Part shown: positions 26,752-36,270 of the stretch, piece after piece
Position numbering within the stretch: position 1 is the first letter of the stretch
How the letters are laid out: each line of letters starts with the position of its first letter
Origin: Anaerolineales bacterium
GTDB lineage: Bacteria; Chloroflexota; Anaerolineae; Anaerolineales; UBA4823
Direction: 5' to 3'
Length of the DNA stretch: 64,000 nucleotides
Assembly (NCBI GenBank): GCA_020354045.1
Contig: CP070639.1
Location: forward strand, 3,412,535-3,476,534
Position numbers and translations under genes: made by a program
The notes under the pieces: model-generated
Told to the model about the DNA's origin: nothing
Seen by the model: the letters and a program-made list of their open reading frames with translations, nothing else
Databases searched by the model: none

Positions 26752-27969
26752 ATGCCATACGAAAATTTATCACACAAGGCTGCTAATTACCTAGACAAAC
26801 TATGCCTGCAAATCACAAACCGGCGCCTCGGCAGCCTCGGCAACCAGCAGGCTACCAAATTATTCTCCAAACTTATGGCAAGCTTTGGTTTTGAGATCAC
26901 CTACCATGAGTTTGAGTGCCAGGATTGGGAAGCACAGGGAGCGCTTCTCCAGGCTGGTGGTATCCATTTCCAGGCCTTCCCCAGCCCTTATTCACAGGGG
27001 TGTAGCTTCCAGGCGCCACTGGTGCAAGCAGCCACAACCCAGGAGCTAGAGGCTACGAACTTAACCAACAAAATTGTCCTGCTACATGGCGAGCTTGTCA
27101 AAGAACAATTGATGCCGAAAAAATTCCCTTTCTACAACCCGGAACACCACCAGCACATCCTTCAGCTGTTAGAAAGCAAAGCCCCACTGGCAATCATCGC
27201 GGCGACTGATAAAGACCCGGCACTTGCAGGGGGAATCTCCCCCTTTCCATTGATCGAGGATGGTGACTTTGAGATCCCTTCCGTGTATATGACGGACAAA
27301 GAAGGAATTAAATTGTTGCCATATACAGGTGATATGATCAAGCTGGAGAGCCGCGCCCAGCGGATTCACTCCCGCGGGTGTAATGTGATCGCCAGTAAGT
27401 GGGGGAAAGGCGAGCAGCGGGTGGTGCTGACTGCACATATTGACGCCAAACTAGATTCACCCGGGGCACTGGATAATGCCACGGGGGTGGTCATCTTGCT
27501 GTTGTTAGCCGAGTTATTTCAAGATTATGCTGGAGATACAGGGATCGAACTGGTCGCCCTCAACGGCGAGGACCATTACTCCGCGCTGGGGGAAATAAAG
27601 TATTTGGAGCACAACCAGGGAAGACTTGAAGATATCCTGCTTAATATCAATCTGGATGGTGTCGGCTTTCAGCAGGGAGGCACAGCCTACTCTTTTTACG
27701 AGTGTGGGGACGAGATCACCAGCCTGGTGGGGAAAACGTTTTCCAGCCACAGCGAGATGCTCCCAGGAGATATTTGGTATTCTGGGGATCACATGATCTT
27801 CGTACAAAATGGGGTGGCTGCACTCGCTCTGACCTCGGAGCATGGCATGACCGGTCTTGCGGAGGTATCCCATACACCCCGAGATAGACCCGAACTGGTC
27901 GATCCTTCTATACTCGCCAGCGTGGCACTGGCACTTCAGGATCTGTTATTGAACTTTCCGCACAGGTGA
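26752..27969 (+). CDS. M28-family metallopeptidase (aminopeptidase-like)
   Basis: LTAHIDAKLDSPGALDNATGVVILLLLAE and NGEDHY...NLDGVG Zn-ligand context. Confidence 0.7.
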   Translation: MPYENLSHKAANYLDKLCLQITNRRLGSLGNQQATKLFSKLMASFGFEITYHEFECQDWEAQGALLQAGGIHFQAFPSPYSQGCSFQAPLVQAATTQELEATNLTNKIVLLHGELVKEQLMPKKFPFYNPEHHQHILQLLESKAPLAIIAATDKDPALAGGISPFPLIEDGDFEIPSVYMTDKEGIKLLPYTGDMIKLESRAQRIHSRGCNVIASKWGKGEQRVVLTAHIDAKLDSPGALDNATGVVILLLLAELFQDYAGDTGIELVALNGEDHYSALGEIKYLEHNQGRLEDILLNINLDGVGFQQGGTAYSFYECGDEITSLVGKTFSSHSEMLPGDIWYSGDHMIFVQNGVAALALTSEHGMTGLAEVSHTPRDRPELVDPSILASVALALQDLLLNFPHR

Positions 27970-27997
27970 AGCTTGCAGCCTATAGCGCGGCAAGGCT

Positions 27998-29380
27998 CTA
28001 TTGCCCTTCACCCACAACCCAATAAGAACCATGACAATCTCCTGGCAAGGTGCGGCGCAGCTGCTGGTATTCCTCGTGTTCCCACTCGGTCGGTATATCC
28101 TTACCACTCAAAATGATCTGCTCGCCTTCACGGCCTACCTCATTACCGGCTTCATTCAAAACCACCAGAGCACCTTCTTCAAATAGCATAGAATAGGATG
28201 GTGGCCAGATGGGCATAAAATCTCGCAAACCGCTTTCTGAGGTCACTCGCGGGCAGCGTTGAGGTGGCCACAACACCAGCTGACCCACCAGCAACTGGTC
28301 ATCTGCATAGGCTGCTTGCATTTCTGGCGTGCTGCGGATAAAGATCGCTGTATGCTGATCAGCAGTGATCAGATCAAGGGCAAACAAATCCGAATCTTGG
28401 TTCAAATTTAGACGGACTGTATCCCCGACAACCCAGTAAGGTCCTGAACAGGAAAGAGATGCTTCTTGAGGTTCGCATTTTGCTGCTGCATCTTGCGAGC
28501 CAAACCCACCCGCCATGTAGACTTCTTCACCAACCCGAGCGACCACACGCAAGTTTTCATCCAGCACCTGGACCACCCCTTCTGTCTCTTGCAGGGAATA
28601 TTCTGCGGGCCAGATGGGTACCACACTGCCATCCCCATAAATCGAATCAACCTGCAGACAACCTGCCTCGACGTGCAGCAATCCTATTAATTCAGCCGCC
28701 ATGGACACACGCATACCCTCCACAGGTTTCTGGCGTGGAAATGCTATCCCAGCGACGGGCTGCTGGGAGCAGGAATCCACTTTTATGGCGCCAGTTCCAG
28801 GCTGCAAAACCATAATGGTGTGCTCAGGCAGGGATATACCCGCCTGGGAAAGCTGTTTTTCAAACCAGTCCACATCTGTCACATACACTTCCACCCGGTT
28901 TGTGATCACATTCAGGGAAGCAACCACATTGAAACTTAATTTTTCCAAGGCTGAAGATGTCGTGCTCAATTCCTCTTGTAGCTCAACCAAGCTTATCTCA
29001 GCCGGCACAACCTCAACCAGACCTTCGAGAGAGCCGCCCTTTGTATAATTTCGGAGTGTACGCTCACCATTTTTTGTAAAACGTGCAAAGACGCGGAATT
29101 CCGGAGTATGCTCCAGCCATAAACCCGCAAAAGTTTCAGGTTCATTTTCAAGCAGGATTGCGTTTAAGCCCCCAATTTCGTCTTGCAAAGCAAGCCGGCG
29201 GGTGGCTTCTTCCAGGTCAACACGGTAAGTTTCAGCGTAAATTTCTGCATCTCTGATATTCACATCTATACTGCCGGTATCCAGAGAGCTGCCCTGCGAA
29301 TCAGGCGGCATTGGTGTTGGAGTACACCCGGCGACCAATGCCATCAACAATAAAACAAGGGCGTATTTACTAACTTTCAT
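27998..29380 (-). CDS. Lipoprotein of unknown function with an internally duplicated C-terminal module
   Basis: Lipobox LLMALVAGC. Strong RBS GGGAGGGAG before ATG 29380. Two copies of the pattern PIWP-x-YS...VL-E...G-E...C-x-(P/S)YWVVG. Confidence 0.6.
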   Translation of the reverse strand: MKVSKYALVLLLMALVAGCTPTPMPPDSQGSSLDTGSIDVNIRDAEIYAETYRVDLEEATRRLALQDEIGGLNAILLENEPETFAGLWLEHTPEFRVFARFTKNGERTLRNYTKGGSLEGLVEVVPAEISLVELQEELSTTSSALEKLSFNVVASLNVITNRVEVYVTDVDWFEKQLSQAGISLPEHTIMVLQPGTGAIKVDSCSQQPVAGIAFPRQKPVEGMRVSMAAELIGLLHVEAGCLQVDSIYGDGSVVPIWPAEYSLQETEGVVQVLDENLRVVARVGEEVYMAGGFGSQDAAAKCEPQEASLSCSGPYWVVGDTVRLNLNQDSDLFALDLITADQHTAIFIRSTPEMQAAYADDQLLVGQLVLWPPQRCPRVTSESGLRDFMPIWPPSYSMLFEEGALVVLNEAGNEVGREGEQIILSGKDIPTEWEHEEYQQLRRTLPGDCHGSYWVVGEGQ

Positions 29381-29705
29381 AAGCTCCCTCCCGCATGAAG
29401 CAATCGTATTGAGAAAATGCAACAAACAATAAAATTAACGTTTTACTGGGGGCATTTGTTCCCACCCAGCTCCCTACCAGAGTGGCTGTACAGATAGAAA
29501 TGATATTTTTAGTGATAGGGAGCCTCAGCAAATGTTAAGACAAGGATATTTTCAGAAATTATTCGGAGAGACACAAGCATTTCCATTGTAAACATGTTGG
29601 CCAGGTGAAAAAGCTCATATTCATCTAAAATAATGATAGACTATTAACCATCACCATACCATACCATCTCTGCCCTCTCGACGGATAGTTTCAATAGGAG
29701 TGGCT

Positions 29706-31271
29706 ATGCTCCCTAAAAAGATCAGGGCCTTTTTCTGGACCACGGTTGTTTTGATTTTAATACCCTGGCTTACCAGACCCACACTTGCGCAGGAAGCGTC
29801 TGTGTTGTACGGGGTTTTCCCTCAGCGGGGCAGCCCTGGAGAGGAGGTCAGCCTACTGCTGGATGGAGAGGGTTTTCTTGAATTTGGCAGGCTGACGAAC
29901 GTAATATTGGAAGGTCAGGAATTACAATTTTTTGATTACGCCATCATATCCAATCAATTCAGTCGGGTCAGGATTTTAATACCAGCGCAAGCCTCCATAC
30001 GGGAAACAGAAATATCGTTTTTATTTGAAAATTACGGAGCTGATGCGTACTTCATCGTTATGGATCGAGAGCAGGCTGTAGAGGCACCCTTAATTGGCTC
30101 GTATTTTCCTAGAGAAGGACAGCGAGACACTGGATTAACTCTCATTTTTGAGGGGCGAGGCTTCACCGCATTGGGGGAATTCGGCGCCTTGCTCATCGGA
30201 GATGTTGAGCTGCCCATTGATCGCATTCAGGTTGAATCCGATGGATCACTCCAAATAGATACATATCTACTCAACGAGCTCTTGATCGGAGAAACGCAAA
30301 TCGGCCTATACTTCGAGAATGCCAGCGTTACCGGGCCTTTCTTTGTCCTTGCGCGCCCACCTGACATCGATCAGCCTCGCATGCCCGCTTTGGGAGGTGT
30401 GTTTCCACAAGAGGGGCATGTAGAAACAGAGCTTGTCATAACCCTGGAAGGAGAAAATTTATTTAACCTGGGGGGTTTGATTGGCGTAAACATCGGGGGG
30501 CTTGATATACCGGTAGTAAACCAGCGTACTGTATCTGCAAACTCAATGGAGCTTACTATTTATCTACCAGTTGAAACCCCGGTTGGTGATCAATTCATTG
30601 CTGTCTTCTTTGAGAATCTCGGTTTTGAAGATTACTTTTTGGTCCTCGGGCGTGAACCTGAACCAAGGGAACCAGTATTTCCTTCTCTGCACAATGTCTC
30701 GCCACAGGAGGGGGAAGTGGACACAGAAATCGAATTACGCCTGGAGGGTGAAAATTTATTTGAACTGGGTGAACTGACGCGCGTGCATATCAACAATTTT
30801 GAGATCCCCTTCTCGTTTCCAGACATTCTATCCGCTGAATCACTGCTGGTTGGGATTTATCTTCCCGAAGATACACCCGATGGGCAACAAACCCTCTTTT
30901 TTGAATTTGAAAATGCCAGTTTTGAATCATCCTTCTTCATATTGCAGCCCGAAACTCAGCCGCCACCTCCTCCTGTAATTCCACCAGAGGTAATCGTTGT
31001 CGTGGTAGTGGTTGTCGTTGGTATCCTCGGAGTAGCCGGGTGGCGGGCATTGCGAAAACCAAAGGAACCTACGCAGAAACCTAAGGAGAAGCCAGATAAA
31101 CCACCCACCAGAATACATTTTAACGTCACTATGGACCCAGGAATTCAGAGCATTGAACTTTCTGAGCCATCCCTCACAGCCGATGTGGATTTAAGCTTCA
31201 TCGTAGATGTGGATAAGGGTGACCAACAAGTTGAATTAGATGAGGGCTCTATCCTTTCCCAGGATGATTAA
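29706..31271 (+). CDS. Type I membrane protein with four tandem ~100-aa IPT/TIG-like repeats, Pro linker, poly-Val TM and ~85-aa cytoplasmic tail
   Basis: Signal-like N-terminus. The repeats begin VFPQRGSPGEEVSLLLDGEGF, YFPREGQRDTGLTLIFEGRGF, VFPQEGHVETELVITLEGENLF and VSPQEGEVDTEIELRLEGENLF. These are followed by PPPPPVIPPEVIVVVVVVVVGILGVAGW. GGAG RBS before ATG 29706. Confidence 0.6.
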   Translation: MLPKKIRAFFWTTVVLILIPWLTRPTLAQEASVLYGVFPQRGSPGEEVSLLLDGEGFLEFGRLTNVILEGQELQFFDYAIISNQFSRVRILIPAQASIRETEISFLFENYGADAYFIVMDREQAVEAPLIGSYFPREGQRDTGLTLIFEGRGFTALGEFGALLIGDVELPIDRIQVESDGSLQIDTYLLNELLIGETQIGLYFENASVTGPFFVLARPPDIDQPRMPALGGVFPQEGHVETELVITLEGENLFNLGGLIGVNIGGLDIPVVNQRTVSANSMELTIYLPVETPVGDQFIAVFFENLGFEDYFLVLGREPEPREPVFPSLHNVSPQEGEVDTEIELRLEGENLFELGELTRVHINNFEIPFSFPDILSAESLLVGIYLPEDTPDGQQTLFFEFENASFESSFFILQPETQPPPPPVIPPEVIVVVVVVVVGILGVAGWRALRKPKEPTQKPKEKPDKPPTRIHFNVTMDPGIQSIELSEPSLTADVDLSFIVDVDKGDQQVELDEGSILSQDD

Positions 31272-31297
31272 ATTTCGAATTTGCCGAGGGAGTAAAC

Positions 31298-31855
31298 ATG
31301 GAAACACTAAACACTTTCTTTCATACTAAAAAAGCCTCGCTGGATTGGGCTACCAGTATTACGAACAGCCCTGAATTCACCCAGGCTAAACATAGAATTG
31401 CACAAGAATTGACTGGTGCAATTCTCCCAGAGACATTTTATGAGCGTATGATCATGAAACTCACCGATGCGCTGGATATTGATGTTGGGAATATCCTGGT
31501 CTGGGGATGGCGTAAACAGCGTGAGATTGTGCAATACCGGGATAAAGAAAATCCTCCCAGCGGATCCCACACTGTTCCCCTACTGGAACATAGCCTGGTT
31601 TCAAAGCACTCCCCAACCATCCAACCCGTGGTCAACGAGGTCAGGCTTCCCAAGTTGAAATTCGATATCATTTTGAAGCTAAAATTAAAGGGCGCCATAC
31701 TCAACATTCAAGATGGGAAAATCATGCAGGTTACCACCGGCACCTGCACAGGAAGTGGCTCGATCGCTTACACCGGCATTCCCATCCTGGAGAGATCGAC
31801 AGCCCCTCTTAACCTACCAGGCTCGATCGTATTCACGGATGGCTTCCCGATATAA
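31298..31855 (+). CDS. Hypothetical cytoplasmic protein, no family recognised
   Basis: 185 aa. Good RBS GAGGGAG. It starts 26 nt after the repeat-protein gene. The C-terminal half is beta-rich and Gly/Thr-rich (KLKFDIILKLKLKGAILNIQDGKIMQVTTGTCTGSGSIAYTG). Confidence 0.5.
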   Translation: METLNTFFHTKKASLDWATSITNSPEFTQAKHRIAQELTGAILPETFYERMIMKLTDALDIDVGNILVWGWRKQREIVQYRDKENPPSGSHTVPLLEHSLVSKHSPTIQPVVNEVRLPKLKFDIILKLKLKGAILNIQDGKIMQVTTGTCTGSGSIAYTGIPILERSTAPLNLPGSIVFTDGFPI

Positions 31856-31952
31856 AAAATAAAGGAGCAACCATCCTGATTCCCCACCTTTTTTGACAAG
31901 CACAACTCTGATCAGGGCAGTACTTGCTGTTTAGATTACCTTAAATACGGCG

Positions 31953-32444
31953 TCAGCGTTTGGAATCCTTCATATAGCGCTGTTTACGCTCTTCTCGTTC
32001 ACTCCGGGCATCCGCGAGTAATTTTCCCAGATCCATACTTTTGAGGGTTTCATCGTACGTGTAAGGCAAATCTTTGGTATTAAGCTGGTAGGCACTGCCA
32101 GCCGGGTTACGGCGGATGTAACGCGCGTCGATCAGATACCTGCGCAAGGTCACGTGATCCAGGGCAAAGTTGACACCGAACTGGTCAGTCCACTGGCGTA
32201 AGACTTCGTTAAGGTCGGCTTCTGAATACTGGTGTTGATGCTCTAAATTTAAGATGGCACTGATAAAAAGGAGGTGGAGGTCCTGCTCCTTCTTGGGTAA
32301 ATCCCTCCCGCCCAACATCAAGGAGGTAAAACGGCTGGTGAATTGATCGTGAGTGATGTGCGGCATTAATACTCCCGGTTGCTGATAGTATTCAAGCTTT
32401 GTTACTCTGGCTTTGATTGTAGCAATGGTGAAGAACTTTTGCAA
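31953..32444 (-). CDS. DUF2087-like protein
   Basis: YSEADLNEVLRQW...DHVTLRRYLIDARYIRRNPAGSAY matches my recollection of the DUF2087 pattern. The start is uncertain (32444 or 32366). Confidence 0.5.
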   Translation of the reverse strand: MQKFFTIATIKARVTKLEYYQQPGVLMPHITHDQFTSRFTSLMLGGRDLPKKEQDLHLLFISAILNLEHQHQYSEADLNEVLRQWTDQFGVNFALDHVTLRRYLIDARYIRRNPAGSAYQLNTKDLPYTYDETLKSMDLGKLLADARSEREERKQRYMKDSKR

Positions 32445-32547
32445 TGTATAAGATCGATAAATTCAGGGAAAACTGAAAGACTAAACATTCATAGTAAAAT
32501 CTATCCCGATCCATCTGATATAAACAATAGATTACGCTTGGAGTAAT

Positions 32548-32805
32548 ATGAATACCACACCTTCCAAAGAAGAACTGAGAAAAACCCTGGACGCGGCCTG
32601 GGACGCACACCGTGAATTTCAAAAAGTTTACCTCAAGGGCGTTCGCGATGAAGCTTGGCCTGGTTGGTATGCTGCCTATGTGCTTGGGCGCCTAGGAGAT
32701 TTCATGGCGGCAAGTTTGTTGGCAAGCCTACTGGAAGCGGCACCAGAATCGGATGACTGGTCAAAGACAGCTGCAGAATACGTACTCAGGGAAATCGGGG
32801 TATAA
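32548..32805 (+). CDS. Small hypothetical protein
   Basis: 85 aa, helical (AWDAHREFQK...WPGWYAAYVLGRL). It is followed by a nested hairpin (AACAAGCC...GGCTTGTT) plus ATTTTTA at 32808-32870. Confidence 0.45.
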   Translation: MNTTPSKEELRKTLDAAWDAHREFQKVYLKGVRDEAWPGWYAAYVLGRLGDFMAASLLASLLEAAPESDDWSKTAAEYVLREIGV

Positions 32806-32881
32806 CCAAACAAGCCTGAGGCTTTTACAACGCTCGGGTCTCCACCAGCCTTTGGACCCGGCTTGTTATTTTTACCCCGAT

Positions 32882-33442
32882 CTATCTCTTGGGGATACCA
32901 AAATAACGGGGAACCCGCTCACAATATATTTGGTAATCTTGGTCATAGATTCTTCGTAAATGCTCCTCTTCGGTCAACACCATGACGTGCATGATGGGTA
33001 TGAAAAAGAGGCTCCAGCCTAAGGCATACCAGGACGGCCAGAGCAGAAAAAAGCCAACGATGTACAGCCCACAACCCAGGACTTGGGGGTTCCTTGAGAA
33101 GCGATAAAAGCCATTCTCTTTCAGGATATCACTTTGCCTACCCAACGAGCGCAGCAACCCCAACCAGAATACACCTGCCCATAAAATCGCCAGACCGACT
33201 AAAATGCCAGCCCAACCAGCAATGCGCAGCACAACATTCACATGCGATTGGGGCCAATCAGTCTGCAGGTAAAGAGTGGGAAAACCGCCGTAAAGAAAAA
33301 AAACCAATGCCTGGAGAACTGAACTAAACACGGAGAGATGACCATTACGAAGATAATCACCTCGAACAAAGAAACGGAAGGTGATCAGCGCGGCTAGAAG
33401 AAGCAAAGCCATTAATACGAGATAAATCGCCATCCCGCTCAT
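32882..33442 (-). CDS. ICMT/PEMT-family membrane methyltransferase (paralog 3 of 4)
   Basis: FYRFSRNPQVLG...LTEEEHLRRIYDQDYQIYCERVPRYFG. I chose ATG 33442 (MSGMAIYLV) to avoid a 56-nt overlap. Confidence 0.65.
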   Translation of the reverse strand: MSGMAIYLVLMALLLLAALITFRFFVRGDYLRNGHLSVFSSVLQALVFFLYGGFPTLYLQTDWPQSHVNVVLRIAGWAGILVGLAILWAGVFWLGLLRSLGRQSDILKENGFYRFSRNPQVLGCGLYIVGFFLLWPSWYALGWSLFFIPIMHVMVLTEEEHLRRIYDQDYQIYCERVPRYFGIPKR

Positions 33443-33494
33443 TTTATCCTGCAACAGATATCCCTGTTGATCGTGGTTTTTAAATCTTATGAAA

Positions 33495-33809
33495 TTATGC
33501 CGGGTTGGCTTTCCCTGGTGGGAAGGCAGCTCTGGCCTGCTGGTAGGCATCCACCACTTGCCAGATCAAGAAGACAACACCATAGGCTCCAAAAATATCA
33601 TGTAAGAGCCTGGGCAAGGTGTGGCTCCAAAACGCGATAGGCACCAAGACGGACATAGCATGCAGGCTCAGCCAAATGGCATTTAGATTCCCGACCACCA
33701 GTACAGCAATCAGTATACCAGCCCCACGGATACTTTTCCCCGAGTAGATTTGTCCCAGGCCAGGAACAAGCAGGGAAAGCAGAGCAGACAACACAGGATT
33801 ACGAGACAT
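33495..33809 (-). CDS. Small 3-TM membrane protein
   Basis: LSALLSLLVPGLGQIYSGKSIRGAGILIAVLV. AAGGAG lies 10 nt before ATG 33809. Confidence 0.5.
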   Translation of the reverse strand: MSRNPVLSALLSLLVPGLGQIYSGKSIRGAGILIAVLVVGNLNAIWLSLHAMSVLVPIAFWSHTLPRLLHDIFGAYGVVFLIWQVVDAYQQARAAFPPGKANPA

Positions 33810-33843
33810 CACATCCACTCCTTTATACAATAAGCATCCTGAT

Positions 33844-34779
33844 TCAAGAGCCGATCAATTCAAGGATATCAAGTGGCGTGCCTTTTGCTGCCTCACGACG
33901 TAGAGAGATGGCTCCCTGTGGGCAATTACTGACACACACGCCACAGCCCATGCAGAGTTGATCATCCACGGCAGTTGAGCCATTCACAAGCCTCAAGGCT
34001 CCAAAATTGCAACGGGACTCGCATGTATTACAAGCACTACATTTATGTGAATCAACCTGGGCTACATATCCTGAAGAAGCCAACATCGGAGTGCCGCGTT
34101 GATGAGCTTGTATGGCTGTGCAGCAACATGAGCAACAATTGCAGATGGCAAACATACGTCCCAACATCATCTCGGCGAAGAAAGCGTGGTGGACACGCCC
34201 GCGCGCATCTTCGCGCTCCAAAATCTCGCTAGCCTCTTCTGGCGAAATCCAGCGGGCGCGATCCGGATAGTGCTGGATGGTAAAACTGGCGAACGGCTCT
34301 CCAAACACCAGGCACACGTCTATTGGCAGGCAAGGATTTTTCCTTGACAGGCGGCAAGGACATTGCACAGCCAAGATACGGTCAGGGTGTTGTTGAATAA
34401 ACGCCCTGGCGCGTACATAAGGAATTACCTGCTCCAGATCTGGCAGGTTTATCGGCTGGTTAACACTCAGCAACTCGCGGGCAGGCGCGTAGGGCATAAC
34501 TTTGCCATGGTAAATATCTGCCGGCGTTCCACTCGCTTGAGTCACAGATGGAGAGAGGAAATTCCTGGACTTTCTACGAGGTGATACTCGCTTCCACGCC
34601 CGTGATATGGCAGCCAGCATCCTAGCAAGTGGATGCTCTCCGCTGGCGATGCTGATGTACAGATACGGCCAGCGAGCATACACATAACTATGCAGGAAAC
34701 CTGTCAGCCTGCCTTCTTGGGCTTCCCATACTGCCTGCAAAAATTCTTTAGTTACGGGTGAAAATAGATGGTTATTCAT
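33844..34779 (-). CDS. Cys-rich Fe-S protein with C-terminal 2x[4Fe-4S] ferredoxin domain
   Basis: CPCRLSRKNPC, CNCCSCCCTAIQ, CSACNTCESRC and CMGCGVCVSNCPQGAI. Confidence 0.7.
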   Translation of the reverse strand: MNNHLFSPVTKEFLQAVWEAQEGRLTGFLHSYVYARWPYLYISIASGEHPLARMLAAISRAWKRVSPRRKSRNFLSPSVTQASGTPADIYHGKVMPYAPARELLSVNQPINLPDLEQVIPYVRARAFIQQHPDRILAVQCPCRLSRKNPCLPIDVCLVFGEPFASFTIQHYPDRARWISPEEASEILEREDARGRVHHAFFAEMMLGRMFAICNCCSCCCTAIQAHQRGTPMLASSGYVAQVDSHKCSACNTCESRCNFGALRLVNGSTAVDDQLCMGCGVCVSNCPQGAISLRREAAKGTPLDILELIGS

Positions 34780-34780
34780 G

Positions 34781-35779
34781 TCATGTACCAGCCGTGCTAT
34801 TCAAAAAAGCATCCAGTGAGTTGGTAAATTTCTGCACTTCCTCAATAAAGGGGAAATGCCCACTTTTTTCAAAAACAACCAGACTGGAGGCTGGTATATC
34901 ATTGTGCAGTTCCTGCGAGCAAGGCAGTGGACCTTCGGGATCATGTCTGCCCGCAATCACCAGGGTTGGAGCTTGAACCTTTCCAAGCCTGTCAGCATAT
35001 GAGAGCTTACGCAGCATGTTCTTCCCCCAGAGGACCTCACGAACAGGCACACCTTTTTTATGATCATCAGCCTCAATCTTCAGAGGCTTAAAGAAGGTTT
35101 TATCGTAGTAACTGGCGCCTTCCATCAAGTTTTGCAGCTGCTTATGCGTTGCCAGGCTGCCCGTGCCCAATTTAACCTGAAGTCCCCACACAATCAGCCT
35201 CCAGTAATCCCCATCTGTCATGCGCCAGAGACTACCCGGCATGCCCCACTTTGCTGCAGCCGGAAAACCAGAGAAGGTACCGATGAGGACCAGCTTGTTG
35301 GTGTGTTCGGGATGTTCAATGGCGAACGCCAGGGCTGACAATCCACCCATGCTGTGTCCAATGACATCTACTGGTCCTTCAATGCCCAGGCGCTCCAGCG
35401 TCTCGGTTGCGCCTGTGATCATTTCCTGCATATCACCTACAGGTTCCCGTGTTGAGCGATAGGCACCTGGTACATCAAAAGTAACTACCCTGCGACCCAT
35501 ACCAATTAGAATCTGTGCCAGAGGTTCTTGAGCCATTGGGGCTTTGGTGGCAGCATGTGGGTAAGGGAAGAGCAACACCGGCGCTCCCTCTCCAGCGGAG
35601 TAGACAGCCAGGCCATTTTGAACCGAATGTGGCTCTAGGAATGGTCGCACAAGCCCGTATTCCTGTTCTTCAAAGTTCTGGATCGTTTGTTGCCCGCGAT
35701 ACAGCCTGAGAATAAATATCAAGCCTCCCAATAGAATGACAACCCCACTAAAAATCACATATAGCCATAATTGTTTCAT
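34781..35779 (-). CDS. Alpha/beta hydrolase with N-terminal TM anchor
   Basis: Nucleophile elbow GHSMGG, a C-terminal GH pair (KSGHFPFIEE) and N-terminal TM LWLYVIFSGVVILLGGLIFIL. Confidence 0.8.
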   Translation of the reverse strand: MKQLWLYVIFSGVVILLGGLIFILRLYRGQQTIQNFEEQEYGLVRPFLEPHSVQNGLAVYSAGEGAPVLLFPYPHAATKAPMAQEPLAQILIGMGRRVVTFDVPGAYRSTREPVGDMQEMITGATETLERLGIEGPVDVIGHSMGGLSALAFAIEHPEHTNKLVLIGTFSGFPAAAKWGMPGSLWRMTDGDYWRLIVWGLQVKLGTGSLATHKQLQNLMEGASYYDKTFFKPLKIEADDHKKGVPVREVLWGKNMLRKLSYADRLGKVQAPTLVIAGRHDPEGPLPCSQELHNDIPASSLVVFEKSGHFPFIEEVQKFTNSLDAFLNSTAGT

Positions 35780-35811
35780 TCAACCCCTCCCTATAAGGTT
35801 TCCTATTGAAA

Positions 35812-36270
35812 TTATTTCTTTACCTTCTCCAGCAGCAAGTCTGCCCATTGCTTGGCCCGCTCGATTTCACCATCATACAAGGGACCCTCCCTCCCAGTGA
35901 CGAGGAATATTTCTGCGGGGACGATACTCTTTCCACCTAATTTGCGCAACTTTTTAACAAGCCTCTTGCCTGCGGTGTATTGGTTGAGCCACCAGGACAT
36001 CCTGTAAGAGGTGTCAAAGGCAGCTACAGGCTTGCCACGCAGGATACGCTTTGGCAGTCGCTCAAATACGGGACGCACATTGAGAGGTAAATTCATTTTA
36101 TGCGTAGGGCTACCCATAACCAGGAAATCCGTCTCTTCCAGATCCCTGAGGCTCAGCTCGTCAGAATTAACCAGGCGTGCCTCTCCGCCCTTGGCTAAAA
36201 CACCAGCAATCGCTTTTGCCACTATTTGGGTATTCCCAAATTTTGAGAAGTAAACCACCAGACTATTCAT
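35812..36270 (-). CDS. Flavodoxin-family protein
   Basis: MNSLVVYFSKFGNTQIVAKAIA...LVMGSPTH. ATG 36270 overlaps the TetR stop (ATGAATAG). Confidence 0.75.
   Translation of the reverse strand: MNSLVVYFSKFGNTQIVAKAIAGVLAKGGEARLVNSDELSLRDLEETDFLVMGSPTHKMNLPLNVRPVFERLPKRILRGKPVAAFDTSYRMSWWLNQYTAGKRLVKKLRKLGGKSIVPAEIFLVTGREGPLYDGEIERAKQWADLLLEKVKK

Noticed and set aside
30955-31030. Poly-Pro / poly-Val coding stretch as a microsatellite or slippage hotspot
   Set aside because: The codons are mixed (cca/cct/ccg; gtt/gtc/gtg/gta), so there is no true nucleotide repeat. It is a linker plus TM helix.
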